From Psychrobacter sp. HD31 (GTDB taxonomy: Bacteria > Pseudomonadota > Gammaproteobacteria > Pseudomonadales > Moraxellaceae), in contig NZ_CP142525.1 of the NCBI RefSeq assembly GCF_051097895.1, positions 1,740,001-1,772,000 of the forward strand: DNA of 32,000 bases. The letters are read 5' to 3'. The position numbers were made by a program, and so were the translations under genes. Of this stretch, positions 1-9,155 are shown piece after piece; position 1 is the first letter of the stretch, and every line of letters starts with the position of its first letter. The notes under the pieces were generated by a model. The model was not told where the DNA came from. It did not search any database and was given only the letters and a program-made list of their open reading frames with translations.

Positions 1-219
1 GGATTTTACTATTTGGCGGTTGGTGCGGATGTGCCAATTTTACCAGTGGCGATGGACTATAAAACCAAAGAAATACGGTTTATGAATCTTGTTTATCCAA
101 CAGGCGATTATGAAGCGGATTTAGCCAAAATTTTGGCAATGTATGAAGGGGTTGTACCAAAAGATCCGACTAATTTATCGCAGCCTTTGCAGGATTTAAA
201 GAAGTCTTTAAATAAGTAA
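1..219 (+). CDS. C-terminal fragment of an acyltransferase-like protein (lysophospholipid / 1-acyl-sn-glycerol-3-phosphate acyltransferase family); 5' end lies outside the window
   Basis: Frame 1 is open from base 1 to the TAA at 217-219. The translated tail (..GADVPILPVAMDYKTKEIRF..) resembles the 'G.PI.PVA' C-terminal block of PlsC-type acyltransferases. This is a family-level guess from memory only. Confidence 0.4.
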   Translation, partial: GFYYLAVGADVPILPVAMDYKTKEIRFMNLVYPTGDYEADLAKILAMYEGVVPKDPTNLSQPLQDLKKSLNK

Positions 220-423
220 AGTGTTTAAATTAAAGTATGGCGCTTTAAGTTCCATTGAGGTTTAAGAAGCGATTTTTAAGGAGCTGGTTTTAAGAAGTCT
301 TGTTATGTGGTGGGTTATGTGATGGGTTGAATAGGTTGAACAAACGATAATGCCAGCACCCTACCTATATTTAGTTGTTTATTGCTAGATTTTAATAGCA
401 ATGATTCAATGACTATAATTTTA

Positions 424-462
424 CTGCGCCCTGTTTAACATGTTAAGTTAAACAGGGCGCAG
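424..462. terminator. Perfect 16-bp hairpin between convergent genes (possible bidirectional terminator or REP-like hairpin)
   Basis: CTGCGCCCTGTTTAAC (424-439) pairs perfectly with GTTAAACAGGGCGCAG (447-462) around a 7-nt loop. It lies between the + gene ending at 219 and the - gene ending at 499. Only a short T tract (ggTTTTg) follows on the + strand and none follows on the - strand, so a terminator function is not certain. Confidence 0.45.
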
Positions 463-498
463 CGCAGGTTTTGCGATATGTGCGACTGTGATAACGGG

Positions 499-1281
499 CT
501 AAAACTGGGGTTGCCCACTTGAAGCACTCACACCGCCATCGACAGGCAAATCAACGCCTGTAATCATGCTGGCATCATCACTTGCCAAAAAAGTAATCGC
601 TGCTGCCACATCTTCAGGCGTAGCAATACGACCCAGCGGGCAACGGTCTAAATATTTTTGGGTTTTTTCATCATTATCTTGGATGTTGGTTGTCATGCTT
701 GTTTTAGTAACACTGGGACTCACAGCATTAACTCGTACGCCATCATTACCATAATCCATTGCCATGGTGCGCGTTAAGTTAGTAACGCCAGCCTTTGCCG
801 CATTATAAGCGGGCATCTTCCAGTCGCCACCAGCACCTGAAATTGACGATACGTTAACAATATTGCCTTTAGACTCAATTAAATAAGGTAAAGCTGCTTG
901 CGATACATAAAAAGTACCGTTTAAGTTAACGTTAATTGATTGTTGCCAGTCATCAATACTTAGCTCGGTTACTTTGCCTTGTATGGCTTTACCGGCATTA
1001 TTGACTAAGATATCAATGTGTTCAAAACGCGCCATCACAGCGTGCATCATTTTAGTCACTTGTTCATAACTGCTGATATCGCAAGTAATGGTTAAATAAT
1101 TATCATCATGTATCCATGAATGGTCTTGCGGTAGTAATTCGGCTGTTTCCATGAGTTTTTCTTGATTGCGACCCACCAGCACCACTTCAGCACCTTCTTG
1201 TGCAAAACGAATGGCGGTTGCACGCCCAATGCCAGAACCTGCACCTGTAATGATGACCGTTTTATTTTTAAAGCGTTTCAT
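499..1281 (-). CDS. Short-chain dehydrogenase/reductase (classical SDR, FabG-like oxidoreductase)
   Basis: 260-aa ORF with the N-terminal Rossmann motif TGAGSGIGRA, an NNAG motif, and a catalytic S...YNAAK (YxxxK) triad. Confidence 0.85.
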   Translation of the reverse strand: MKRFKNKTVIITGAGSGIGRATAIRFAQEGAEVVLVGRNQEKLMETAELLPQDHSWIHDDNYLTITCDISSYEQVTKMMHAVMARFEHIDILVNNAGKAIQGKVTELSIDDWQQSINVNLNGTFYVSQAALPYLIESKGNIVNVSSISGAGGDWKMPAYNAAKAGVTNLTRTMAMDYGNDGVRVNAVSPSVTKTSMTTNIQDNDEKTQKYLDRCPLGRIATPEDVAAAITFLASDDASMITGVDLPVDGGVSASSGQPQF

Positions 1282-1504
1282 AGCAATCCTTTATTTTAAA
1301 AATGTATTATTGTGTATAGGGTTAGTTTAATAAAGATGTGGCAGAATTGCCAATGTTTGTTAATGTCGTTAACTGATGATATGGCTGATAGTTAGGTTGC
1401 CGAGGGTTGTTGTGGTTTAAACGAAACATGCAAAGAGGCATGCGTGGTTGCTTATTTTTTTAAAAGCCGATAAGTGTTTTACCACTTTAAAAACAGCACA
1501 TAAC

Positions 1505-1536
1505 AAAAAACCCAATCATCATTGATGACTGGGTTT
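1505..1536 (-). terminator. Intrinsic terminator downstream of the tRNA-Ala/tRNA-Glu pair
   Basis: Minus strand reads AAACCCAGTCATCA-ATGATGATTGGGTTT (one mismatch) followed by TTTTTTGTT. It lies 27 nt past the tRNA-Glu 3' end. Confidence 0.65.
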
Positions 1537-1562
1537 AGCGTTACTCAAAAGAGTAAGAATAG

Positions 1563-1638
<76 letters not shown>

Positions 1639-1744
1639 GCAATAGAGTAATAGTTAAAAAACTATTTACAAACGCAAGAACATTTTAAATGTGTGCCTAG
1701 GTGCTTGCGTTGTCCTTACGAGTTCCTAATATTATTAGAAATAT

Positions 1745-1820
1745 TGGTGGAGCTAAGCGGAGTCGAACCGCTGACCCCTTGCATGCCATGCAAGTGCTCT
1801 ACCAGCTGAGCTATAGCCCC
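1745..1820 (-). tRNA. tRNA-Ala (anticodon GGC)
   Basis: The reverse complement GGGGCTATAGCTCAGCTGGTAGAGCACTTGCATGGCATGCAAGGGGTCAGCGGTTCGACTCCGCTTAGCTCCACCA carries the G3:U70 alanine identity pair. The anticodon loop is AT-GGC-AT and CCA is encoded. Confidence 0.93.
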
Positions 1821-1836
1821 TCGCTTGGAAGTAGTC

Positions 1837-1864
1837 ATTATAAAGAAAAAATAATGCCTGTCAA
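1837..1864 (-). promoter_or_regulatory. Near-consensus sigma70 promoter for the tRNA-Ala/tRNA-Glu unit
   Basis: Minus strand reads TTGACA (1864-1859), a 16-nt spacer, then TATAAT (1842-1837). An A/T-rich UP-like tract (AAAAAAGATTAAAAAAAAA) precedes it. The -10 ends 16 nt before the tRNA-Ala 5' end. Confidence 0.6.
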
Positions 1865-1883
1865 TTTTTTTTTAATCTTTTTT

Positions 1884-1923
1884 AAATAAAAAACCAAACC
1901 CTTGTGTTTTAAAGGTTTGGTTT
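1884..1923 (-). terminator. Intrinsic terminator of gltX
   Basis: Minus strand AAACCAAACC (1923-1914) pairs with GGTTTGGTTT (1900-1891) and runs into TTTTTTATTT. It lies 35 nt downstream of the gltX stop and separates gltX from the tRNA promoter. Confidence 0.7.
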
Positions 1924-1958
1924 ACTTGTTTTATCAAATATTTAGGCAGGTTTTTCGC

Positions 1959-3464
1959 TTATTGCAAAAAATCTGGCAAAGCGGCGGCTGTTTTTTCTAA
2001 CTTTTTCATTTTCTTTTTGCCTAAACCGCCTAAAACATCTACCGCATGTCGAAGGCGAGTTAAGGTCATATCCGCCCCAATAACATACATAGAGTTCATT
2101 ACTGGTGTTGATGCTGTTGAGCCTGCAATGGCAATAAAGAACGGAGCCATCATGTCACGTAGTTTGATGTCCATTGCGCCACTTAACCCTTTTAATGTGG
2201 CAAAAATGTTTTCTTCGCTCCATACAGGCATGGTTTCTAACTTCCATGTTGCAATTTGTAGTATTTCAATAATTTGCTCTTGGCTAAGTGATTTATGTAC
2301 AAAGTCTTCTGCACTAATGTCAGGCAAGTTTTGAAAGTAAAAACCACCCCAGTTAACCGCATCAGACAGCAAGTGGATGCGTGGTTGGATTGCGGCTGCA
2401 ATGGCAGTCAATTTTTCGCTGTCATTTGCCCAATCCAAAATTTTATTTTTTAAGGCTTCTGGGCTAAGCTCACGCAAGTATTCGGCATTTAGCCAATGTA
2501 GTTTTTCTACATCAAATACAGGGCCACCAAGTGACACACGGTTAATATCAAAACTTGCTATCATTTCTTCTAGGCTAAATTTTTCTTCTTCATTGGGTAG
2601 TGAGTAACCCATGCGACCCAAGTAATTTAATAAGGCTTCTGGTAACACACCGGCATCACGGTAATAAGTGATAGAAGTTGGGTTTTTACGTTTAGAAAGT
2701 TTTGACTTATCAGGGTTACGCAGCAGCGGCATGTGGCAAAGTACTGGCATTTCCCAACCAAAGTATTCATATAGCAATTGGTGTTTTGGAGCAGAGTTAA
2801 TCCACTCTTCACCACGCATCACGTGGGTAATTTCCATTAAATGGTCATCTACGACATTGGCAAGGTGATAGGTTGGCATACCATCTGTTTTTAATAACAC
2901 TTGCATGTCTACTTGTTCCCAAGGGATTTCTACCTCGCCACGCAGTAAGTCATTAAACTTGCAAACGCCCTCGGTTGGTACCTTCATGCGAATAACATAA
3001 GGCTTGCCTTCTGCAACAAGTTTGTCTGATTCTTCACGTGATAACTCTGCATAACGACCATCATATTTAGGTGCATCACCTCGTGCCATTTGTTCAGCAC
3101 GCATTTGGTCTAGTTCTTTTGTGGTGCAAAAGCAACGGAAGGCATGACCTTTATCTAATAACGCTTCGGCATATTTTTTGTAAATACCGCTACGCTCACT
3201 TTGGCGATAAGGTGCATGTTTACCACCAATATCAGGACCTTCTGCCCAATCTAGGCCGACCCAACGCAGGGCATCTAAAATCATTTTTTCTGATTGTTCG
3301 GTCGAGCGAGTTTGGTCGGTATCTTCAATACGCAAAATGAACTCACCACCATTGGCTTTGGCAAACGCCAAATTAAATAGGGCAATGTAGGCTGTGCCAA
3401 CATGAGGGAATCCCGTTGGAGATGGGGCAATACGAGTGCGGACAGGTCTGTTTGTCGTGGTCAT
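1959..3464 (-). CDS. gltX: Glutamate--tRNA ligase (GluRS)
   Basis: 501-aa ORF with the class-I HIGH motif ([11 protein letters not shown]) and a KMSKS-type motif (KLSKRK). Length and overall sequence are typical of bacterial discriminating or non-discriminating GluRS. Confidence 0.95.
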   Translation of the reverse strand: MTTTNRPVRTRIAPSPTGFPHVGTAYIALFNLAFAKANGGEFILRIEDTDQTRSTEQSEKMILDALRWVGLDWAEGPDIGGKHAPYRQSERSGIYKKYAEALLDKGHAFRCFCTTKELDQMRAEQMARGDAPKYDGRYAELSREESDKLVAEGKPYVIRMKVPTEGVCKFNDLLRGEVEIPWEQVDMQVLLKTDGMPTYHLANVVDDHLMEITHVMRGEEWINSAPKHQLLYEYFGWEMPVLCHMPLLRNPDKSKLSKRKNPTSITYYRDAGVLPEALLNYLGRMGYSLPNEEEKFSLEEMIASFDINRVSLGGPVFDVEKLHWLNAEYLRELSPEALKNKILDWANDSEKLTAIAAAIQPRIHLLSDAVNWGGFYFQNLPDISAEDFVHKSLSQEQIIEILQIATWKLETMPVWSEENIFATLKGLSGAMDIKLRDMMAPFFIAIAGSTASTPVMNSMYVIGADMTLTRLRHAVDVLGGLGKKKMKKLEKTAAALPDFLQ

Positions 3465-3618
3465 TTTTTAGCTCTCTTAAATCGAATAATACAGATAGTG
3501 GTTGTTATTAAATATTGCTTGTAATTATAGCCGATTGTGTTTTGGTTTTATAGAAAAAACGGTTGTTTATCTTGTTTCTACTTTTATCTAAACTCAAAAA
3601 AGGCCTATGTTATTAGGG

Positions 3619-3637
3619 ATACCCAAGCATTGGGTAT
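3619..3637. promoter_or_regulatory. Perfect inverted repeat ATACCCAA-gca-TTGGGTAT in the gltX/rsmH divergent intergenic region (candidate operator)
   Basis: 8-bp arms at 3619-3626 and 3630-3637 are exact reverse complements. The repeat sits in a 394-bp non-coding region between divergent genes. No cognate regulator is identified. Confidence 0.3.
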
Positions 3638-3806
3638 GTAAATAAACGGATAAATACAACAGTTACCGCCTGCTTTTTATCAATAACATGGTATTTTGTG
3701 CCCATTATTAAGAATATTGAAATATTTACAAACAAATACAACAAAAAACCCTGTGTATAACCTTTGCAGATGGCGTTTATTAAGCGATAATAGTACATTG
3801 GTCATA

Positions 3807-3835
3807 TTGCATCAGTTTTAAAGCATTTTTTAAGT
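3807..3835 (+). promoter_or_regulatory. Candidate sigma70 promoter of the dcw operon
   Basis: TTGCAT (3807-3812), a 17-nt spacer, then TTAAGT (3830-3835). It lies 23 nt upstream of the rsmH start, leaving room for the AAGGA Shine-Dalgarno at 3848-3852. This is a pattern match only. Confidence 0.3.
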
Positions 3836-3858
3836 TTAGGCATTGTTAAGGAATAGTC

Positions 3859-4863
3859 TTGTCAGATTTGTCATCATCCGTATCCTCCAGCACAGACTTT
3901 ACTCACCAAACGGTACTACTGCAAGAAACCGTTGCCAGTGTACTTGGTGTAAAAACGCTAGATGGTTTGAAAAAAAAGAGTGCAGGAACTTATGTGGATG
4001 CCACTTTTGGGCGGGGTGGTCACAGCCGTTTGTTGCTTGAGCACCTAGCAGAGGATGCGCGCCTAATTGTATTTGATAAAGATCCACAAGCAATTGCCAC
4101 GGCAAATGAACTTGCCCAGCAAGATAGCCGTGTAACCGTTGTCCATGAAAGCTTTGCAACGTTAATTGATAGTTTGGTAAAACTTGAGGTTGATAAAGTA
4201 GATGGCATCATGGCAGATTTGGGTGTGTCTTCTCCGCAATTAGATGACGGTAGCCGTGGGTTTAGCTTTATGCGAGATGGTGTGGTAGATATGCGCATGG
4301 ACACCAGCCGTGGGCAGTCAGTAGGTGAGTGGCTTACTGGAGTAGAAGAAGAAACGCTTGCCAACGTGCTGTACGAGTTTGGAGAAGAGCGCCACAGCCG
4401 CCGTATTGCGCGTGCCATAAAACAAATGGAATCTTACGACTCGACATTAGAGCTGGCAGAAGTCATTAAACAAGCGCACCCAAAGTGGCAAAAAGGCAAA
4501 CACCCTGCAACACAAAGTTTTCAGGCCATGCGTATATTCATTAACAATGAGCTTGGTGATATTGATCGCTTTTTAGATCAAAGCATTGATATTTTAGCAA
4601 AAGATGGCATGCTGGCTGTTATTAGTTTTCATTCATTAGAAGACAGGCGCATTAAACAGTTTTTTCAAAAGCATAGCCGTGGGCAGTATCCACAAGATGA
4701 ACATTTACCGATACAACCACAAAGACCAAAATACTTTGCAAAGCCAAAACGCATTGCACCGAGTAAGGCAGAAATCAAAGCAAACCAACGCTCACGCAGT
4801 GCATGGCTTAGAGCGGCAAAACGTACAAATATACCAAGACAAAAAGAGCTAGAAAAAACCTAA
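3859..4863 (+). CDS. rsmH: 16S rRNA (cytosine1402-N4)-methyltransferase RsmH (MraW)
   Basis: 334-aa ORF with H-x-x-VLL-x-E near the N-terminus, DATFGRGGHS and DLGVSSPQLD motifs. It sits directly upstream of ftsL-ftsI. The start is a TTG at 3859, preceded by AAGGA 6 nt upstream. Confidence 0.92.
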   Translation: MSDLSSSVSSSTDFTHQTVLLQETVASVLGVKTLDGLKKKSAGTYVDATFGRGGHSRLLLEHLAEDARLIVFDKDPQAIATANELAQQDSRVTVVHESFATLIDSLVKLEVDKVDGIMADLGVSSPQLDDGSRGFSFMRDGVVDMRMDTSRGQSVGEWLTGVEEETLANVLYEFGEERHSRRIARAIKQMESYDSTLELAEVIKQAHPKWQKGKHPATQSFQAMRIFINNELGDIDRFLDQSIDILAKDGMLAVISFHSLEDRRIKQFFQKHSRGQYPQDEHLPIQPQRPKYFAKPKRIAPSKAEIKANQRSRSAWLRAAKRTNIPRQKELEKT

Positions 4864-4915
4864 ATTTATTGGTTACAATAGTTTTATAACAGACATTTTT
4901 ATTATCGAAAAATTA

Positions 4916-5365
4916 ATGGCAATTTCAAAAAAACAGTCTCAAGCAAAAAAGACATCGACGACACAAAAACGAGCGTATACCACGGCAGAAAATGAGGTGG
5001 TTGAGTTAATGTCAAAGCGTTATGGCGGGTTAAGTTTTTATACCGTTATTATGTTGATATTGGCGGTTGCTATTGTTGTGACGGGTGTGGTTGCTGCTAC
5101 TCAGGTGCATCAATATCATCATGGCTATAAAAACCTGAATAAAATGAAGAAAGAATATCTGCAGCTACAAATTGAGCACAACCGACTGCAAATTGAGCAA
5201 CAAACTTTTAGTGCAACACCCCAAATTGCAGCAAGAGCGATTACCGAACTCAATATGTACTCACCAACAGTAAAAGATAAAATGATTATTCAGCCTCAAG
5301 CAAAAAATAATGATGAAAATGCAAAACAGTCAGAGGGAACGCAAGCAGAAGGTGAGGCACGATGA
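4916..5365 (+). CDS. ftsL: Cell division protein FtsL
   Basis: Located between rsmH and ftsI. It has a single TM segment (LSFYTVIMLILAVAIVVTGVVAA) followed by a Leu/Gln-rich coiled coil (KKEYLQLQIEHNRLQIEQQ). Its stop overlaps the ftsI start (ATGA at 5362-5365). The ATG at 4916 has no Shine-Dalgarno; an alternative ATG at 5009 is preceded by GAGGTGG. Confidence 0.8.
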   Translation: MAISKKQSQAKKTSTTQKRAYTTAENEVVELMSKRYGGLSFYTVIMLILAVAIVVTGVVAATQVHQYHHGYKNLNKMKKEYLQLQIEHNRLQIEQQTFSATPQIAARAITELNMYSPTVKDKMIIQPQAKNNDENAKQSEGTQAEGEAR

Positions 5366-7479
5366 GCGATAAATTTAACAAACCTAAAAAGCCTACAAAA
5401 AAAGTAAATGAGTCTAAAATTAAAGTAACTAAGCCGTTAAAACGCCGTGGCTCAAACTCGTCTGCTAAAACTAACAAGACAGCAAAACAAGCACAAGCAA
5501 AATCAAAATGGCTATCTAAAGTTTTACCGCTTGATGAGGGTAAAACAGCCAATAAAAAGTCTGTAAATAATCACAGTAGTCATCAAAGCAAAACTTACAC
5601 CAGCGTAAAAAACCGCAAAACAAGACCAGTTTTTAACAAAAACTCTGGGGCAATGTCCCGAGGCGGTGTAGAAGCAGATGGTGGCCGGTTTGCTATGGTG
5701 TGGGCAGTTGCGTTGGTAGCGTTGTTGATTTTGTTAATGCGTGCCTTTTATTTGCAAGTTGCCAATGCGGCTGTTTATCAAGAAAAAGGCAACGAGTTAA
5801 TCACCAGTGTACGCACACAACATACTTATCGTGGCATGATTACCGACAGAAATAATCAGCCTTTGGCAGTGAGTGCGCCTTTATCAAACGTGTCTTTTAG
5901 CCCTTATGATTATGCTCTTAGTTATTATGAGCTTAAAAAAGAAATAAAAAATACGACCAACGAAAAGCGACTTAAAAGTCTTAATAAGCGTTTAGATAAG
6001 ATGAATTTGGCTCGGTTGGCATCAGCTGCCAATGTCGATGTTAATAAATTGCGTCAGGCAACCAAAATTGATGACAGTATTGATGTAACCGATGCTGACA
6101 AAGTAGCGGCAGCCTTGCCAAGTGGTAAAGGCTCGCACTATTTTCCGCTTTTTAATAAAGTAACGCCCGAAATCGCTGATGGGGTCATGTCACTTGACTT
6201 TCCTGCTGTTTATGAAAAACAAGATTTTCGTCGATTTTATCCTCAGTCACAACCAAATGCACAATTGGTTGGTTTTATGGGACAAAACGACAAAGACACT
6301 GGCTATAAAGGTCGCTCTGGCATTGAGCTGATGTACCAAGAAAAACTGGCGGGTAAAGATGGCAAAGTGTTGGTGTTAAAAGATGCTCGACAGTCTAGCT
6401 TAAAAGAAATCGAACAAATTGAACCAGAAATTCAAGGTGAAGATGTCAAACTGACGATTGACTCTCGTTTGCAGTACTTGTTGTTTAAAGAACTAGAAAA
6501 AGTAGGGCGTTTGCAAGGTGCATTATGGTCATCAGGTATTGTGGTTGATGTACAAACTGGTGAAGTTTTAGCATTATCGACATGGCCATCTTACAATGCA
6601 AACAACTTAAATGAAATGACAGGCGAAAGCCAGCGCAACCGCCCATTGATTGATAGCTTTGAGCCAGGTTCGGTGATGAAACCATTTACCGTTGCGGCTG
6701 CGTTAAAGTCTGGCAAGTTTGGTAAACATGCCGTTATAAATACCAGTCCTGGTTATATTCGAGTTGGTGGTTACACAATCCGTGATCATAACAATTTAGG
6801 CAGTATTAGTTTTGCCACCTTGCTTAAAAAGTCGAGTAACGTTGCTTCTACCAAAGTAGCGTTAGCCTTGCCAGCAGATGCCATTAGCCAGATGCAACAG
6901 CAGTTTGGCTTTGGTGAAAAAACAGATCTTGGTTTTCCTGGAGAGGCTAAAGGGATGGTGACAATCCCTAAAGAAAGAGAATACGCAAGAAGAGCGACGG
7001 TAAGTTATGGCTATGGTTTGCAAGTAACTTTAGCACAACTTGCACAGGCTTATGCTGCACTTGGTTCTGGCGGTGTTATGCACCCATTAAGCTTGGTAAA
7101 ACCGGATAAGCCAACAGAAGAAGGCATTCAGGTATTGGATAAAGACGATGCGCTTGCGATTGTTGAAATGATGGAAACCGTTACTCAAGCTGGCGGTACA
7201 GCAACCGCTGCTGCTATTGATGGCTACCGTGTGGCAGGTAAAACAGGTACTTCACGCCGTGTTAACCCAGAGGGTGGCTATTATGAAGATCAGTACCGTA
7301 CGGTATTTGTGGGTATGGCACCTGTTTCTAACCCACGTTTGGTAGCTGCAATTTTGGTCGAAAATCCCCAAAAACAACATTATGCGGGTGAGGTAGCGGC
7401 ACCGGTATTCCACAGTGTTATGAAAGACGCTTTACGTTTATACAATGTGCCACTGGATAAACCTTTAAAAACGCAATAA
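5362..7479 (+). CDS. ftsI: Peptidoglycan D,D-transpeptidase FtsI (PBP3)
   Basis: Contains the class-B PBP motifs SVMK (SxxK), SSN (SxN) and KTGT, a TM segment (FAMVWAVALVALLILL), and dcw context. The 705-aa ORF includes a Lys/Ser/Asn-rich region of about 110 aa before the TM. An alternative internal start exists at 5653. Confidence 0.92.
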   Translation: MSDKFNKPKKPTKKVNESKIKVTKPLKRRGSNSSAKTNKTAKQAQAKSKWLSKVLPLDEGKTANKKSVNNHSSHQSKTYTSVKNRKTRPVFNKNSGAMSRGGVEADGGRFAMVWAVALVALLILLMRAFYLQVANAAVYQEKGNELITSVRTQHTYRGMITDRNNQPLAVSAPLSNVSFSPYDYALSYYELKKEIKNTTNEKRLKSLNKRLDKMNLARLASAANVDVNKLRQATKIDDSIDVTDADKVAAALPSGKGSHYFPLFNKVTPEIADGVMSLDFPAVYEKQDFRRFYPQSQPNAQLVGFMGQNDKDTGYKGRSGIELMYQEKLAGKDGKVLVLKDARQSSLKEIEQIEPEIQGEDVKLTIDSRLQYLLFKELEKVGRLQGALWSSGIVVDVQTGEVLALSTWPSYNANNLNEMTGESQRNRPLIDSFEPGSVMKPFTVAAALKSGKFGKHAVINTSPGYIRVGGYTIRDHNNLGSISFATLLKKSSNVASTKVALALPADAISQMQQQFGFGEKTDLGFPGEAKGMVTIPKEREYARRATVSYGYGLQVTLAQLAQAYAALGSGGVMHPLSLVKPDKPTEEGIQVLDKDDALAIVEMMETVTQAGGTATAAAIDGYRVAGKTGTSRRVNPEGGYYEDQYRTVFVGMAPVSNPRLVAAILVENPQKQHYAGEVAAPVFHSVMKDALRLYNVPLDKPLKTQ

Positions 7480-7582
7480 TAAAATTTGATGTACTGAGCT
7501 TTAACGTATAAACGCATAGTTAAAAACTTGATTATCTGCGCTTTAATAAGTTGACCTAAAGCTGATTAAAAAAGGACACACG

Positions 7583-9133
7583 ATGACCACATTAAACCAA
7601 CTGATTGGTAAGATGGCTAACCATAATGTAGACGGTGTTTTTGCCAAACTCGATTTAACCAATGTTGGCGACATAGGGTTTCAGGCGTTTTGTTTAGATA
7701 GCCGTCAGGTTAAAGAAGGCGATGTGTTTGTTTTATTATCGAGCACCACACAAACATTAGATAAAAGTGTTGGCTATGCACGGCAAGTGATAGAAAAGTC
7801 TGCCTATATTATTTCTGAAATTCCAGTTGAAAAATTGTTTGATGCAGATATCAATCTGAAAAAATATCAACAAAAGTTGGTTTCTGCCCCACGTATTCGT
7901 GAATGTTTGGGCGATTTGATTCAAGCACAATTGCAACAAACACAACAAGTTAATCTGCCCACTGTGGTGGCGGTGACAGGCACAAATGGCAAAACGACCA
8001 TAAGCCAGTTAGTGGCACAATTAACCGAGCAAAGCGGCAAAGCCTCAGCCATTATGGGCACAGCAGGCAATGGGCGGTTAGGCAACTTAACCCAATCGAC
8101 GCATACGACGGGAGACGTGCTGGCAGTGCAGCGGTTTGTGCATGAGATGGGTGCAGACAACATCGACCTGTTAGCATTAGAAGCCAGTTCGCACGGTTTG
8201 GATCAATACCGCCTGCAAGGCGTGCCTGTACAAGTAGCGATATATACGAACCTTAGCCGAGACCATCTTGATTACCATAGTGACATGGATGACTATGCCG
8301 GTGCAAAAGCACGTTTGTTTAATCGAAACAACTTTCCAAATCTGACCCATGCCATTATCAATCTTGATGATGACTATGCAGCCACCATGCTGGAGTCTGC
8401 CAGCAAAAGTGGTGTGCAGGTTTGGACGTATAGCATGCAAGCAAATAAGCAAGCAACTTTTGTTGCCCAACAAATTAAACCAAGCTTAACAGGCGTGGAG
8501 ATTGAGCTTGTTAGCGACTTTGGTACAGTGTGGTTAAATAGTCCATTATTGGGTTTGTTTAATGTGGCAAATTTATTGGCGGCTGTTGCAGGCGCACATG
8601 CCTTGGGTGTAGACATGCAAGATATGCCAACACTCGTTGCTAAGCTGCGTGGTGCAGATGGTCGTATGGATAGAGTCGTATCAAAAAAAGGCTGTTTTAT
8701 TGTTGATTATGCCCACACGCCAGATGCCCTGACGCAAGTTTTAACCAGCCTTAAAGCGCATTGCAAAGGCAACCTTTGGGCGGTGTTTGGTTGTGGTGGT
8801 GATCGAGATAAAGGTAAACGACCATTAATGGCACAAGCTGGCTTGGCAAAAGCAGATAAAGTAATTTTGACAGCCGATAACCCCCGTTCAGAAGATCCAA
8901 TAGATATTTTACAAGACATGCAGGCAGGCATGACGGATGAACAGTATGCACGTATTCATATTGAGCCAAACCGTCAAACGGCTATTGAATATGCGGTTAA
9001 TCAAGCACAAGACAATGACATTGTTGTGATTGCAGGTAAGGGACATGAAACCTATCAAGAAATTAACGGCGTGCGTTATGACTTTGATGATAGAGTCATA
9101 CTAAAAGAGGCGTTGGCAAGCATCTTAAAATAA
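7583..9133 (+). CDS. murE: UDP-N-acetylmuramoyl-L-alanyl-D-glutamate--2,6-diaminopimelate ligase
   Basis: Mur ligase P-loop GTNGKTT and the meso-DAP-specific DNPR motif (TADNPRSEDP). Sits in dcw context, with an AAGGA Shine-Dalgarno before the ATG. Confidence 0.95.
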   Translation: MTTLNQLIGKMANHNVDGVFAKLDLTNVGDIGFQAFCLDSRQVKEGDVFVLLSSTTQTLDKSVGYARQVIEKSAYIISEIPVEKLFDADINLKKYQQKLVSAPRIRECLGDLIQAQLQQTQQVNLPTVVAVTGTNGKTTISQLVAQLTEQSGKASAIMGTAGNGRLGNLTQSTHTTGDVLAVQRFVHEMGADNIDLLALEASSHGLDQYRLQGVPVQVAIYTNLSRDHLDYHSDMDDYAGAKARLFNRNNFPNLTHAIINLDDDYAATMLESASKSGVQVWTYSMQANKQATFVAQQIKPSLTGVEIELVSDFGTVWLNSPLLGLFNVANLLAAVAGAHALGVDMQDMPTLVAKLRGADGRMDRVVSKKGCFIVDYAHTPDALTQVLTSLKAHCKGNLWAVFGCGGDRDKGKRPLMAQAGLAKADKVILTADNPRSEDPIDILQDMQAGMTDEQYARIHIEPNRQTAIEYAVNQAQDNDIVVIAGKGHETYQEINGVRYDFDDRVILKEALASILK

Positions 9134-9155
9134 ACATCATAATAAAAGGAAAAAA

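Noticed and set aside
1701-1889. 62-aa plus-strand ORF
   Set aside because: It reads straight through the reverse complement of tRNA-Ala (..RTADPLHAMQVLYQLSYSP.. is the classic translation of a tRNA gene) and through the tRNA promoter. It is not a protein gene.
3613-3798. 61-aa minus-strand ORF in the gltX/rsmH intergenic region
   Set aside because: It has no Shine-Dalgarno before the ATG and an AT-driven Ile/Leu/Phe/Tyr-rich composition with no recognisable family. It lies inside a divergent promoter region. It is treated as non-coding.
3465-3858. Possible degraded mraZ upstream of rsmH
   Set aside because: All frames are dense with stop codons and nothing resembles MraZ (no DxxxR-type repeats). 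The space (394 bp) is also smaller than an intact mraZ. mraZ is judged absent rather than pseudogenised.
4020-4418. 132-aa antisense ORF within rsmH, and similar antisense or overlapping ORFs in the track (for example 2017-2334, 5286-5552, 7921-8163, 8177-8473, 8374-8616, 8707-8931, 12042-12362, 14845-15144, 18604-18903, 19341-19616, 23316-23765, 23962-24267, 30482-30754, 31308-31529)
   Set aside because: Each lies entirely within, or substantially overlaps, a strongly supported gene on the opposite strand or in another frame. Each has Ser/Ala/Cys/Pro-rich mirror-frame composition and lacks ribosome-binding sites or family motifs.
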